A DNA stretch of 64,000 nucleotides from Camelus ferus. Lineage: Eukaryota. The position numbers and the translations under genes are program-made. Shown one piece after another: positions 38,624-52,779 of the stretch. Location of the stretch: contig NC_045698.1 in assembly GCF_009834535.1 (NCBI RefSeq), positions 8,806,001 to 8,870,000 on the forward strand, given 5' to 3'. Under the pieces are notes generated by a model. The model worked only from the letters and a program-made list of their open reading frames with translations. It was not told where the DNA came from and did not search any database. Within the stretch, counting starts at the first letter, position 1, and each line of letters starts with the position of its first letter.

Positions 38624-40032
38624 GTGCAAAACAGTAAACCTTGATGAGTAGGATAGAAAGCATAAACACATACATCTCAATTATGAAGATTTTACACTAA
38701 TTAAGTGGAAATTTTCTTATGGGTGGATGAATGGGAAGAAATGTTTTCCAATGCCACACTGTGATTTCAGCAGTCTGAGTGTCTGAAGTGTAGAAACACC
38801 AGCTATGCATAAACTCAGGGCTAATACAGCAGACTGGGCTGTTGAATGAATTTGTTGAATAAATGAATTGATTAATCTAGCTTGCTTGTTTTATTGATTG
38901 AGCCTGTCAGCTAATATTTCTTGAGAAACTGATTCTTTTTTCTGTTTCCAGTCCCAATAATACTAATGAGATCTGAAATCTGCCAATTTTTCATGTGGAG
39001 TTAAACATAAATTAATAGTAATGATTCCATTCCCATTTTATCCATTTATTAATTATCCTTTCAATCACAGTTTTGAAAGGATTATTTTTCTGTTATAACA
39101 GATGGCTTAAACTTCTGTATTTAGCCATTTTATTATATCAAATGTGCGCTGTAAAGTATATATGCTATCCAAATTGAATGCAACCATTCAAGAAAAAAAA
39201 AGTTTTGGATTATTAACAAACATTTTTACCAACTTTCCTTGAATGAAAAGAATTCTTTTCAGCTTCAATAACTTTCAGTTCTTTTTGACCTTTTTTAAAA
39301 TAAGATGTTATAGATTGATATTTTCATTATTACAGAAATATAGTTTAATTTTCAATTTTAAATTTCCAAATATCTGAAAAGAATTTAATTTTATTTGGGG
39401 AGTATACATATAATTGTTTCAACAAATATATTTTCATTTTGTTTAGGAATTTATAGTCAACAGAATTAATAATCTGAATAGTTTTAAATTTTAATCTTCT
39501 GGATGAGGTTCAATTGTATCTGCCAATTATTCCCAAGTCTTGGTCCACAGCTCTTATGGAAATACCATTGAAATTCTTTAAAATGTTATGTAACAGACTA
39601 AGCTATTATGAGAAAATACAATGTGTTAGTTAAGAGTGCAGCTCCTAGAATCAGACTGTCCTGCTGTGAACACTGGTTTCCAGATCACCCTTAGAAAAAT
39701 AAATCAAGTAGGGGAGAGCCCCAGAATGCCTGTTCTAAAGGCAGTTGCCCCAAGCAACTGTTTGTGTGCTGTTAGAATTGCCCATACTATTTTTTAAGAC
39801 AGTGAAGCTCGGCCCCACCCCCAAGCTTCCTGTTTAGTAGGTTCTTGCTACAAGAGTGTAAAATACCTGAGTAATTATAGATATATAACATCATAAAGAT
39901 ATTAATATTCCCAAAGGATGTAGCTTGCCTTACCCGATATTAACACACACTATGAAGTCATGGAAATGACAGTAATATGGACCTGATACTAGATTAGGGA
40001 TTAATATAATTAGGGAGATCAAAAATAGTTAC

Positions 40033-40120
40033 TCTATATGTACATATGCATGACTGGGACATTGTGCTGTACACCAGAAATTGACACATGGTAACTGACT
40101 GCACTTCAGTTAAAAAAAAA
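40033..40120 (+). mobile_element. Short L1 3' end (same family as 21012)
   Basis: ATGACTGGGACATTGTGCTGTACACCAGAAATTGACACA..A-tail. Confidence 0.85.
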
Positions 40121-40159
40121 TTGCTCCCCATTTGCAGCAGACCTTACTTTTTTGTGGAA

Positions 40160-40555
40160 ATAGATTACAAATCTAGGAATAAGTAGAGTTTATTGGGATA
40201 ATCATCTTCATTACATGGGGAAAATTATATCCTTATCTCACACCACATATAAAACCATACCCTCAAATATTGATGATTTAAATGTGAAAGTATAAAATAT
40301 AAAAATAAAAAACAATGTGGAAGACAATCTTCATTACTTTCAATGGGGAAGAATTTCTTAATCAAGACACTCAAACACTAAAGACAAATGTAATCAATTA
40401 ATAAATCTGACTACATCAAAACGATAAATTTTTACCAAATTAACAATACCATAGGCAAAGCAAAGTCATGGATCACGTGAAGGGGGATATTATTGTAACT
40501 TCTGGAACCAACAAAAATTAAATATTTATATACTGCACATCAAATAAAACAAAAC
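40160..40555 (+). mobile_element. Old L1 ORF2 fragment
   Basis: CCTTATCTCACACCACATATAAAA..TTTAAATGTGAAA..ATAAATCTGACTACATCAAAA. Confidence 0.65.
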
Positions 40556-41981
40556 ATCATATCATTGCCTAAAAGACCTTACAGAATGAGACCTGCCCAG
40601 ATGCATGGTATGATATTTCCCCTTACCTTCTTTGCAATGATTTAATTTATTGCTAATAACATTATTTTAATGTTTATACATATCAAACTCTCCTGTCTCA
40701 GGAATTCTCTCATTTGCTCCTAATTCTGCTCCCATATAGCTTTTCAATCCCACTGTCATGTGTAGGTTTAAAATTTACCTCCTCAGGCATGCTTCTTTTG
40801 ACCATTTATAAATACCCCACCCATTTAATTTCTATGCCAGCACTCCATTAATTTACGGTACAGTTTTTTTTGTTTTTTTTTTTTACAGTTGTGTAATTGT
40901 GTTGTTTAACTGTTGTGGGATCACAGAGAAAATATCTATCTTTCCACACAGTTTGGGGTTTTCCGAACTAATTTTGCTGAAACTGGAGATCCTGATCTAA
41001 GAGTAAGACTTAAAATTAATTTACAAATCTAGAGTGTGAGAACTACATAGAGATTTACATGGCTCCACCTTTCACGGCTGAATGACGACAGGGACATTGG
41101 ACACATTTCTGCTTGGAGATACATAACTTATCTGGCCCTTGGAGACATTTTTACAAATTAAAGAATTGGAATATGGGCCCAGCCTCACTACATTTTCAAG
41201 GAGACCTCTTCAGGAGAGGGGAGGATACTGGCCTCTCTCTTCCCTCTGTAAACAGAGAAAATTCATTTTTTCTCCATTTCTTGATTATGATACAGACATC
41301 AAATTCTGTATGCATCGGTACGTTTGCCCTGGCTTTTATTTTGCTGAACTAGGATAAAAATTGGAGTGTGAGGAAACATGTGGCCGCTTTTTAAAGTAAA
41401 TAGTTATAATCTTTCTTTGATTCAGAGCACTTCACATGCACAACACTGTACTGCTGATTAATGTAAGGAAACATCGTGTGTGTGGGTGTGTGTGTGCACA
41501 TGTGCACCTCTTTGAGTGTAAATACTTACACGTGCCTGTGTGTGTTCATAGGCGCTTGGTTGCTTAACCATAATCTCTCTCCAGTTACACAGATCGCTAT
41601 CTAGGGTTTCTCGCCACCCAGTTTCTCACCCCTAGTTGCTAAATCAATAGCCCAATTTTTCATTTTATATATTTACTACAAAGATGCAATGTCTGTGCAT
41701 GTGTGTTTCTCATTCAATCCCAGATCCCCGGTCTTCATTTTCAGTCTCCTCACTACATAGGAAGGCAGACACTTGTATGCTTTGCTTTGCCATTTAGCAT
41801 AATACTCATAATACTTGATTTACACATGATACTCACAATACTCATAATACTCTGTTTATTACATATTTTTATTGAACATGAACTATGAGCATATGTTTAA
41901 TAAATAAATACACTTCCCAAACTCTAAAATGTTGATAAATTGAAATAAAGGCAGTTAAAGTTTTGTGGTTTTCCACAGTAT

Positions 41982-42123
41982 TTTTTTTCTTTTTTTGAGG
42001 TGGGGGTGGAAGGTAATTAGGTTTATTTATTTATTTATATATTAATGGAGGTACCAGGGATTGAACCCCAAGACTTCTTGCATGCTAAGCATGTGCTCTA
42101 CCACCTGAGCTATAGCCTCCCCC
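41982..42123 (-). mobile_element. tRNA-Ala-derived SINE (Vic-1-like)
   Basis: GGTAATTAGGTTTATTT..GGAGGTACCAGGGATTGAACCC..CATGCTAAGC..GCTCTACCACCTGAGCTATAGCCTCCCCC; TSD TCCACAGTAT at 41972-41981 / 42124-42133. Confidence 0.92.
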
Positions 42124-43291
42124 TCCACAGTATCTTTGAAATACCTGCTTTCAATCTACCTGTATACTTTCATTTAAAAACTAAAACTTGTTCAATATAT
42201 TTGGACTAACTTTACAAATCATGAAAAGTTATTGAAGGATGTTTAGAATGCCCGCAGTATATCCTTATATTTTATGAGACTTTTGGCTATCAATCCAATT
42301 CAACACCTACTTAATGTTATTTCAGACTAAGACCAATCAAATGGAAGATGTATCTGAATCTATGCAGGATTTACAGTATCCTAATGATTCCTAGGTCTAC
42401 ATAAACAAAATTGTCTAAGTCCTGTAATTATTGACAATTATTTATATCCCATCACTTTTGGCAAAATGTTTTTGCTTTCTCTGACACATAACTCATATAG
42501 CATATTACAAATCCATATCTCAAGCTTCACTTAAATTTATTATTTTTTTCTTACTCGAGCATATATAATTATTTTCATACATTTTTCAATTGATAAGTGA
42601 TAGATTTTTTTCCTATAATGATTCCTATCTCATGTCAATGGCTGATTTGTGTTCCATTTTTCATGTTTTATTGGCACTTTAAAATAGCTTCATCAAATAC
42701 AAATCACAATGATTAACTTAATGCAACATACAAAGTGAAATAAGAATATGTATTTGCATTAAAAAAGCCTAACATTTTAGTAATTCAACACAAGGGCATA
42801 CAAAGTGGTTTCCTTGACAACAAGAAATAGTCAAAATTTATTTGTGAGTTTAAAATTATGTTATCTCATAATTCTGTGCATATTCTGATTGTTTTTAACT
42901 TACTGTGAGAAAATTCTTTTGTGCTAAACAAAAGTAGGTAAAATAATCCTGTCATTATAAAAGAACAAATCTTACCCAGATCCAGAGAACACAAAAGAAA
43001 TGGGGCTAAGCAAAATAGACCTTCTTTAATTTAAATTAAAAAGAACTTTAAAAACACTCAATTTTTTTGAAAATATAAAAGTTTTTAGTTTAATAAGTAT
43101 TTAAGAAAATAAACCTGGGATTAAGATTGTTTAAATCTGTTAGTTACCCAGATGCATACCAAATGTAGATGCTTCCATAAAAGAGTCAGATAATGGGTTT
43201 TATGTAATTATTTAAAGTATCTATCTATTATCATTATTGTCTGTTATTTGAACATAATATTGCTAATTGCAAAATAGAAGTACTGCATCAG

Positions 43292-43763
43292 TGTATTAAT
43301 CAGATTTCTCCAGAGAAACAGAACCAGTAGAATCCACTTATATTAAGAGATTTAAGGAATTGGCTCATATGATTGTATGGATTCAATCATATGAGTATGG
43401 GTGGTGTATGGATTTTGGGTAAAACAAAAATCTGTAGGGCAAACTGTCAAGCTGGAGATTTAGGTAGGAGCTGATGTTTCAGTCTTGAGTCTGAAGGCTG
43501 GAAAACTGTGGCAGAATTTCCATGTTGGAGCTTGGAGGCACAATTCCTTCTCCAAGAAACCTCAATCTTTGCCCTTAAGGCTTTCAGTTGGTTGGATGAG
43601 ACGCCAGGCATAATGGAAGGTGATCTGCTTTACTTACAGTCAATAGATTATAAATATTAATCACATCTGAAAAATATCTTTACAGCAACATTTAGACAAG
43701 TGTTTGAGCAAACATCTCATCACCACTGTCTAGTCAAGTTAATGCATAAAATTAACCATCACC
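43292..43763. mobile_element. MLT2 (ERVL) solo LTR
   Basis: TGTATTAATCAG..CTCCAGAGAAACAGAACCAGTAG..AAGGAATTGGCTCA..AAAATTAACCATCAC; 5-bp TSD ATCAG at 43287-43291 / 43764-43768. Confidence 0.9.
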
Positions 43764-44298
43764 ATCAGGAATTAAGATTTCTATTTCAAGTAGCAGATGC
43801 TCCAAATCAACACAATTTGAATAGTAAGGATACTTATTACTTCAAATCCAAGGAAACCCAGTGGCTCCAGTGTTGGTGGAATCAGATCCTTTCTGTCCTT
43901 CAGGTCTGGTATTTTCCAGGCTGACTTCATCTGCAAACTTACAGGAAGAGAGTTATAGCATTTTAAGACCTCATATCCAGAGACAAAAGGGAAAGACCAT
44001 TGCTTCCTATGTCTTTTTCTTACAGTTAAGAAATTTATCTTGCCCTGTGTTTCTCTTCATCTAGTGGTTCAACTGTATTCTTTAAAATGAAAGAAAGGAA
44101 AAGAAAGAAAGAAAATCCCACTCTCTGGCTTTCCCAGAAATCGCCACATCAGGCATCTCACATCTCAGTAGCCAGAATCAGATCACATGCTCATGTCTGA
44201 GTCACACTGTCAAGAGGAACAGCAGAACCTGTCCTGGCTTGGACTGGTCATCTGATGAGGAGCAGGCACTTTGGAGACAACCACAATGTCTCCCATAA
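43764..44298 (-). mobile_element. Old MLT1-type LTR (apparent host of the MLT2)
   Basis: CAAGTAGCAGA..CAAATCAACACAATTTGAATAGTAAGG..TCTCAGTAGCCAGAATCAGATCACATGCTCA. Confidence 0.55.
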
Positions 44299-44389
44299 CC
44301 AATTATATTTTTATTTTCATATATTTTATATTTTATTTTCATATTTCTTTGGGATTGTGCTTATTCTATTTGCAGATCTTGCTGGTAAT

Positions 44390-45350
44390 CTAAAAATACT
44401 GATGATGTCTGCATAGATGTGAGTCTCAAATCCTGTACTTTCTCCTGCTTACTGAGCGTTTCTACGAGGATGTTCTATAACTTCCTGAAATTCAACATTT
44501 GTAAAACGAGCTGCTAATAGTCCTCTCTAACCTACTATAACATTTATTTAGTGACAAGATCAACCATTTACTCAGTTGCTCCACAGAGAAAACTTAGAGT
44601 CAACCCAGATGTCTTATTTTCTTACACCTCTACCCAGTTGTTTACAAAATCCAGATGGTTTTACCCTAAATTCTTGATTCAGACTCATCTTATCCATTGC
44701 CATTGCCACTTTCCTGATCTAGACCTGTCCATGCAAAATTATGAATGGGCATGATCTTTCCCCTACCTTTGAAGCATACTACTGTCAAAGTTATTTTTCC
44801 AAAATTCAAATCTAACCATTTTGATAACATCATCAAAACCCTTCACAAGAACCCTTTAGCTTATGAGATAAAATCTTAAATACTTTACATACATAAAAAT
44901 CATAGGTGTGTATAAATACATTATTTCCTTTCTTACCATTACCAACATTCTTACATATAAACAGTGCTTGAAACATATAAACTACTACATATGCTTCCTT
45001 AAAAAGCAAGATTTGTCCCATATCTGAGCCCATTTCCTACACTGCTCTTCATCCCAGAAGGAAATTCCCTTCCCTTAAACTGTCAAAATTTTCATCAGTT
45101 AATTTTATCTACTCAATCCAAGTAGATAAATATAAATTTCAAGTTCCTTGCTAAGTCTTCACAAGGCTCCTCTGTCTTGCTCCCCAGAGAAAAAAGAAAT
45201 ACCTGCTGCTTATCTATTCTTAGCTATACATATCCACTTAATTTTGGAGACTGTGACCAACTGGAGGGCTGGAACTGATGTTCAGCTTTGCATTCCAGAA
45301 AGTAACAGAGTGACTGCCACATATGTGATGCCCAATGGATAGTTGTAATG
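44390..45350 (+). mobile_element. L2 LINE fragments
   Basis: CTGCTTACTGAGCGTTTCTAC..GAAATTCAACAT..ACCATTTACTCAGTTGCTC..AAACTTAGAGTCA. Confidence 0.65.
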
Positions 45351-45930
45351 ATGTTTGGAAAAATGAGTATTTATGATGGTTTCAGAGACTTTACAAAGAC
45401 TTACAAATTGCCAAAATCTTAAATGGATTATGCTATCTAATAACCATAATAAGCCCTTAAACCAATGTGATATAATTATCATTCTTTTTCAGAGGAGGAA
45501 ACCATGGGTTAAAGTCAACTGTAGTAAAGGTAGGACTCAAACTAAGTTCTGTGTTTATGGTCACAATCGTGAACCTCACTGTCACCATGAATAAATAAAT
45601 CAATGGGTGAATGACTGTCCTATTGCTTTACCAGCATGCTGAAATTTTCTCTCAAATATACTATGTCTCATTTTAATTGCTGGGTTAATCTGCTTGTTCC
45701 TTGATTTTTTTTCTAATACTATAAATAATTATAGATCTTAAATAATTATACTGCAATTCTTTCAGAAGTTAGCATCTTATTTGCATGCATGCATGCATCC
45801 ATTCATTCATAAAGCATTTATTAAGTCTATATATTGTTCAAAACACTGTAATTATCCTGAAATGACCTGGAGAAAAATCATGATTAGGTCCTATATCAAG
45901 CTAGTTGAAAGCCCAAGATGCCAGGATACT

Positions 45931-46038
45931 TGTATTATTAGTCAGGGTTCTCTGGAGAAATAGAAATAACATAATAGTTGCTTGCTTGTTTGTTTGTTTA
46001 TTATAAAGAATTGGCTCTTACAATTTTGGAGGCTTGAT
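45931..46038. mobile_element. MLT2 LTR fragment
   Basis: ATTAGTCAGGGTTCTCTGGAGAAA..TATAAAGAATTGGCTC..GGAGGCT. Confidence 0.75.
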
Positions 46039-46759
46039 TCCATCAAGATTAGCTAACTTTTTTTTTTTTTTTTTTTTTTTTTTGCTTTGAAAATTCACAC
46101 AATACTTTGGAGAATGAATCATTAAGCTAAAATTATTTACAAAAAATTTCCCTGTAAGGGTATCTTTTTATTGCATTATCCTTCAGTTACTAGAGTGATG
46201 TTATCTTAAATGAAATTATAGTCTGGGCAAAGAGATGTACTTTGTTAGGTAAATGTGCATAAATGCTCCATGTTTACAAATATAAGGCTCAAATATTTTA
46301 CGCCATATTGTGCAATGCTTGTTCCTATATTGTTGTTATTTTCATTTGTACACTTAGATTTTACCAGGAATGTCTAAACAGGTGACTTCTTTGGTTAGGG
46401 AAGCTTGTGTTGTTGTGGCATAAAATGATACAAGTTTTTAAAATAGCCAAGAGGCTGTTTTTATAGTGTCTAGATTACACATGCAGGTTTTTAAGAAAAT
46501 GGCAAGCAAGGTGTGTGGGGGCCTTAGACCAACAGCAGGGATCTTGTTCTGGGTATTACTAAAGCAGTTGGGGGCATCTAGGTTTTTTAGCTGACACTAG
46601 ATTTGTGTGCAGTCTGCTGTGGTTTGTCTATACAAACAACATTTGTATGAACCTTAGTACATACTGAAATGAGCTGAAAGGGAGCTGCATCAGAATTATG
46701 TATTCAGGAATGCTCTAATTAGTAAAAACAGCTGAAGTAGGCTTCAATTATTGGGAAAA

Positions 46760-49700
46760 GGCAATCCATCAAAAATTACAAGGCACAAAAAGCAAAGAAA
46801 AAGAAAAAAACATTTTCAAGGCATATAGTAATAAGCAGAACCAGACTCAGATGTTGGAACTGCCAAGGAGGAATTAGAAAATCTATGATTTATATGCTAA
46901 AAATCTAGTAGAAAAGGTGGACAACAGCCATGAGCAGATGGGAATTTCAGCACAGAAATGGAAATGATAAGAAAGTGATGAAAGGGAGTGCTAAAAACAA
47001 TATCATATATGAAAAATTTATTTGATGTGCTTATCTCAAAACTCTACATAGTAATGTAGTTGAGTAAAGAATCCTTACTTAAAGATATACCAATAGAAAT
47101 GTCAAAATACAAAAGATTTATGGCCTTTATTAAGTTGAGGTATGTTTCCTCTATGCACATTTCCTTGAGAGCTATTGTTATAAACATGTGTTAAAATTTG
47201 TCAAAAGCTTTTTCTGCATCTATTGGGAGGATATTACATTTTTTTTTCAATTTGTTAATGTAATATATCACATTGATTGATTTGTGGATATTGAACCATC
47301 CTTGCATCTCTGGGATAAATCCCACTTGATCATGGTGTGTGATCCTTTTAGTGCATTGTTGACTTTGATTTGTTAACATTTTGTTGAGGCTTTTTGCATC
47401 TAAGTTTATCTGTGATATTATCAGTGATATTGGCCTGTAGTTTTCTTTTTTTTTATATTGGCTTTGTCTGGATTTGGTATCATGGTGATTCTGGCCTCAT
47501 GAAATGAGTTTGGGAGCATGACTTCCATTGCATTTTGGGGAATAATTTGAGAAGGATAAGTGTTAACTCTTTTTTAAATATACAACATGATTAATATAAT
47601 TAACACTGGTATACCTTATATGTGAAAGTTGTTAAGTGGGTAAATCCTAAGAATTCTTATTACAAGGAAAAAATTTTTCTTTTCTTAAATTTTGTATCTA
47701 TATGACACAATGGATGTTCATTTAACATATTGTGGTAATCATTTTATGAAGTCTATAAATTTAGATCTTAATAAAACTGGAAGGAAAACATTTAAGAAAT
47801 AAAAAAGAATACTCACTCTGCATATGACCACAATAATAAATTGTCACTACTCATATTCTTAAAAAATATATATATAAAGAGACAAATAGGATAACCAAGA
47901 GATGTGGGACAATGTAAAATAGTGTAATATACAGGCATTTGGAGTTTCAGAAAGATAAGAGAGAGGAAAATATAATGGACTAAATATTTGAAGAGATCAC
48001 AGATAATTTTCTGAATATTGTGAAAGCCATCAAATGACAGATGTAAGAAGCTTGGGCTAAAAAGGCAAGCAATGACACATCTAAACTTGATGTGATCACT
48101 CTGCTGAAAACAAAGAGAAAAATAAAATTTGAAGAAAGTCAGACTACAAAAGATATAATATACAGTGACATGACATGGGAATGACAACAGAATTCTTGTC
48201 AGAAATTCTAAAAATGTCAAGCTAATAGAGTGATATAAGGTAATAAATGAAAAAAATCTGTTAATATAGATTTCAGTACTCAGCAAACATCTCCCTAAAG
48301 TGAAGGCAAAGTAAAAACTTTTTGGAAAATAAAAATTGAGAAATTCACTGCAAGTGGAACTGCACTACAGGAATTTTTAAAAGAAATTTTCAAGCAGAAG
48401 GTATGAAGGAGAGTTGGATCTAGAGAAGGAAATAGAGAGAGCTGGAAAGAATAAAATTTAAAGTAGTACAAGGACATTTTTTTGTAATTTTAATTGCATT
48501 GGAAATGACTATCTAGAACAAAAAAAATTGTAACAACGCACTGTGAAATGTGTCGTATGTGAAATAAATGCATGACAACATCAGAAAGAATGTGAGGAAG
48601 GAATTGGAAGCACATTATTTTAAGGCTCTTATACTCTATGTGAAGTGTTTTTAATATTTTTAGAAGGTAGATTTTACTAGGTTAAATGCATATTATTAAG
48701 AAGAGAACATCAATAAAAATAAAGGAGGTATAAGTAATACCCTGAAAATGGAAATAAAATAAAATAATAAAATTACAAATCCAAAAGATACAGAAAAGGA
48801 GAAGCTGTAAAAAGAGATATGACCAATAGAAAACACTGGTAAGATGAGAGATTTAAGTCCAATACTATCAACAATCACATTAAACATAAAAGGCCTAAAA
48901 ATATCAATTAAAAAGGTAGGAATTATGAGATTGGATAAAAAATCAAAATCAAATTATATATGAGGAACCTACTTTGAATCTAAAGAAATAGGTAAGTAAA
49001 ATAATATTGCTACCACCAATTTATAAAATCTGAAGTGGCTCTGTATCTGACAGGGTAGACTTCAGACCAAAGAATAGTTTAGAAATAATAGGGACATTCC
49101 TAATGTTATTGGGGCCAATTTACCAGGAAGGCATAGAGTCACATTAAGTATGCACTTAACAACATAGCCTCAAAACACACAAATATGGATTGAAAGGAGA
49201 CACAGTCAAATCTGCGATTATATTTGGAGCCTCCAACATTCCACTCTCAGCTAATCGTAGTACAAGTAGATAGAAAATGCGTAAGACCTGAATGATGCTC
49301 TCAGACAACTTGAGCTAACTGACATTTATACAACAACAATATTAGGACACACATTCATTCCAAGTGCACGTGGAGAATTCACCAAGAAAGTCCACATTGT
49401 GAACCATAAAAATAAATCTCAAAAATTTTTAAATAATTGAAACTCCATAGTGTATGTTCTTTTATTACAGTGGAATTACATTCAAAATCCATAGCAGAAA
49501 GGTGTTCAGACAAAATCCCCCCAAATTTGGAAAATAAATAACAAATTTCTAAATAACTTACAGGCTAAAAAGTTAAGTAGTCAAAAATGGAAATTACAAA
49601 ATGTTTTGAATTAAATTAAAAAGATCTTCAAAATCTGCGGGATGCTGCAAAAGTAGTGTTTAGAACAATGTTTATTGCAACTAACGCTCAGAATATAAAA

Positions 49701-50110
49701 CAAGAAAGTTGTAAATCAATAAACCAAGCTTTGTTTTTAAGTAACTAGAGAAAGAACAGCAAGATAAACCTCAAACATAAAGAAGTTACAAATAATAGAG
49801 TAGGAATCTATAAAATTAAAAGCATTAAAAAATATCTGAGACCCAATGCAGCTGATTCTTGGAAAAGATGGATAAAATTAATAAACATCTGTCCAGATGC
49901 ACTGAGTGAAAATGGAAAGAAGATAACATATTATTAATATTAGAAAGACAGAAGGGACATCTTTATAGATCTTCATAGATAAAAGGGAATAAAGGGAATA
50001 TTACGAACAACTTTATACCGATCAGTTGGATAATGATTGAAATGGAGAAATTTCTTGAAAGATACAGACTACCAAAGCTCCCTTAAGAAGAAACAGGTAA
50101 TTTGAAAACC
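46760..50110 (+). mobile_element. Old L1 (ORF1 and ORF2 endonuclease region), decayed
   Basis: ORF1-like at 46760-48450; endonuclease start near 48860 (STITLNIKGL, cf. L1 ILTLNVNGL); continues to about 50105; many stops and frameshifts. Confidence 0.85.
47117..47796. mobile_element. Nested L1MA-type insertion with inverted RT segment
   Basis: 47117-47580 minus strand is RT ([33 protein letters not shown]); 47581-47796 plus strand is an L1 3' UTR end; putative TSD AAATA(C/A)AAAAGA. Confidence 0.8.
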
Positions 50111-52389
50111 ACTTTTCAAATTGAATCACCGCTCCAGCAATCAGAACCCTTCAATCTCTTCTATGGTCTCTCAGAACACTAACTGTTGCATTCTGGTATT
50201 CAAATTTTCCTCAGGATAATTGTCGGGGTGGGACTCTTGCATGTGTTTTAAACTTGGCTTACTGTGGATACTGAATTGGGAAAATAACACTTTTGAAAAA
50301 CCTCTGAACACTTTGAAAAATGAACAATTCATCTAGGCTTTGATATTAATCTAGTCACACTTGTAAGTCCATAAAGAAGTCATGCTGGTCCAGTGAGATG
50401 CTGTCAGGAGGATGCAGTTGGTTTAGGAATAGTATCGCCACCCAACTATCGAGAGAATTTCTGGTTAAGAGTCACTGAAATAAGAAAATAATGGATGAGG
50501 GTAGATTTGTTTGTTTTGCACTTTAGGGCGTACATTTTTACCTTGGGCTTTAACTTATAAGAACACGGTAACATTATTCTGGACTTTAATTTCCTTAGAT
50601 TTCAACACCTTTTTAAAAGGCTTTAATTAATGTAACTGAATTTAAAATTTTGGCATTTCTGTGTAGCTGTGTTTCATTATTAAATTAGCTTTGCATAGCA
50701 TTCCAACGGCAGGTGTCTGGAAGCTAGGTACAACAATTTGGGATGAGATACAGTGCATGGAGTGAATTTGCATCCTTGGGTGAAGAGAGCATTGGGATTG
50801 ACTGATACACATGTCAGAGCCTTTGGGGAGAAATAATTGCAAACCGACAGCAATTCCTGGAAGATACACAAAGGTGAACTGGTGAGTTTAGGGGCTGAGG
50901 GGTCTTGTGAATGTTGGAACAGATTAGCAATGGGATGCTACTGATAGCCTCTGAGAATGAAAAAAAAAAAAAATAGTTGTAAACATAGGAGAGGCTAAAC
51001 CCCATATTTTTAAATGAAGAATATTGACAAATGTTAGAATGGGGTAGTTTTCTCCATGCCATTTCTTTGCAATAGTATTTTTTAATAATACTGGCCTCTG
51101 CCTTTTCATGCTCTCCTGGGGGAAGAAAGGGTCCCTGAGCTGTTAGGAGTATTCAGCAGAAGCAGCTGGCCAGGTAGAGACCAGCTCCCTCCTCTTTGCT
51201 TCTCTTGGTAGCCAGTTACCCCTGGGATTTGCTCCTCTGTGAAACAAGTCGTGTAAATCACTTCAATATAAGAAAACTTGGATAGTCTAACTGCCTAAGC
51301 ATGGCTCAGTCTAGCACAATCTTAGGAAGTTAACTTACAACTACCCCAGGTTCTCCACTATAAGCTTTATAAGTAATAATAACAGTATTCTATCCATGTG
51401 CCTTATTGTTCTTCAATTTTCAATGGGTTCAAATATTAGAATGTGGGGAAAGAGGTCTGTCATTTAACAATTTCCCTTATGATTTTTCAAAAAATTTTTC
51501 CCATCTCTGGGCCATCCATTACTGAGAGATGTATGTGCAATGGCAAACTTAACTTTGGACTCCATAAGTTACATTAATTGGGTTCAAGAAGAAATTAGTT
51601 CACTAACAAAATTAATAGTTTGAAATACATATTAAAATAATAAATGTTTAGTGCTAGATTGTTATTATATGATTTAAAATTCAAGGAGCATTTGTCCTAC
51701 ATATTATAGAGTCAGTATTTTATAAAATGATTAGAACAATTACTATCCATTAACATTTTATTTTGCTATTTTCTGTTGTCAAGGCAACCTTTCATTCTCT
51801 ACTCAATTACTAAGCAGTAGAAAAATAATTACAGTTTCTTAGTCTCGTTTAAATAATTGGACTTGTAATATGCCTTATTTTTTTTAAAGGAGACTTTATT
51901 TTCGAACCTTTAACCATGAATTATAATTACTACACTTTAAAAGGATACAAGGTTTAATTTAATTTTAAGGCTATGTGAAAGAAGGGTGCCAACATCTCAA
52001 ACATATAAAGAACTTTCATGAATAAATTATTATAAAACTGTTTACTTAACATGCCTGTAATATTATCAGCGCTATTATAAAAGGCGTTACAGTGATGTAG
52101 ACCTCTAAGTGCACAGTTTAATGAGAGTATTTCAGTCTGTGAGAGAACCCTAAATGTAGCACATTCCCCTGAGTGCAGGTGTACAATGTAGCCAGCAATG
52201 ATACACTGTTTTGCTTTCCTGTACTTGGCTGGCTACGTCAAGGTCAATACTCTTACCAGGCTCTTGCATGTTCCATTTATTAGATAGTTAATTGGTATAA
52301 TTAATTAATGCATTTATTTGTGAACTACTTCTACAAATATTTGTAAATGTCTGTTAGGGGCTGTGTACTAAAGCTAGGACAAATGCTTT

Positions 52390-52769
52390 GGTGGGGGAAA
52401 TGAGGAGCTGTCCAATGGCTATAAAGTTGCAGGAATGCAAGATGAATAAATTCTAGAGATTTGCTGTCGACATAGTGCCTACAATTGACAGTGTGGTATT
52501 GTACACATTAAAATTTGATAAGAGGGTAGATCTCATGTTAAGTGTTCTTATCATGAAGGGAAAAAAAAAAAAGAAAATTAAAAAAAAACCAAAAACCCAA
52601 ACCCAAATCAAAAGGTTGCAAGAAAGCCGTCGGAGGTATTAGATACGTCATGTACCTTGATTTTGGTGGTGGTATCATGTTTTGTGTGTGTCCAAACCCA
52701 TCAAATTGTACACATTAAATATGTGCAGTAATTTATATATAGATTATACTGCAATAAAACTGTTAAAAT
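52390..52769 (+). mobile_element. L1MA/L1MB-type 3' end
   Basis: GATGAATAAATTCTAGAGAT..AAGAGGGTAGATCTCATGTTAAGTGTTCTTA..CAATAAAACTGTTAAAA. Confidence 0.85.
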
Positions 52770-52779
52770 TACTTAGCTA

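Noticed and set aside
46058..46083. Poly(T) run as the tail of a minus-strand processed pseudogene
   Set aside because: No AATAAA at the expected distance, no convincing TSD and no recognisable mRNA body
47191..47379. Reverse transcriptase-like ORF as a novel retroelement or retron
   Set aside because: Ordinary fragment of mammalian L1 ORF2; truncated and non-functional
47813..48286. 157-aa hydrophobic ORF that looks like a membrane protein
   Set aside because: Antisense to A-rich L1 ORF1; T-rich codons give spurious F/L/I richness
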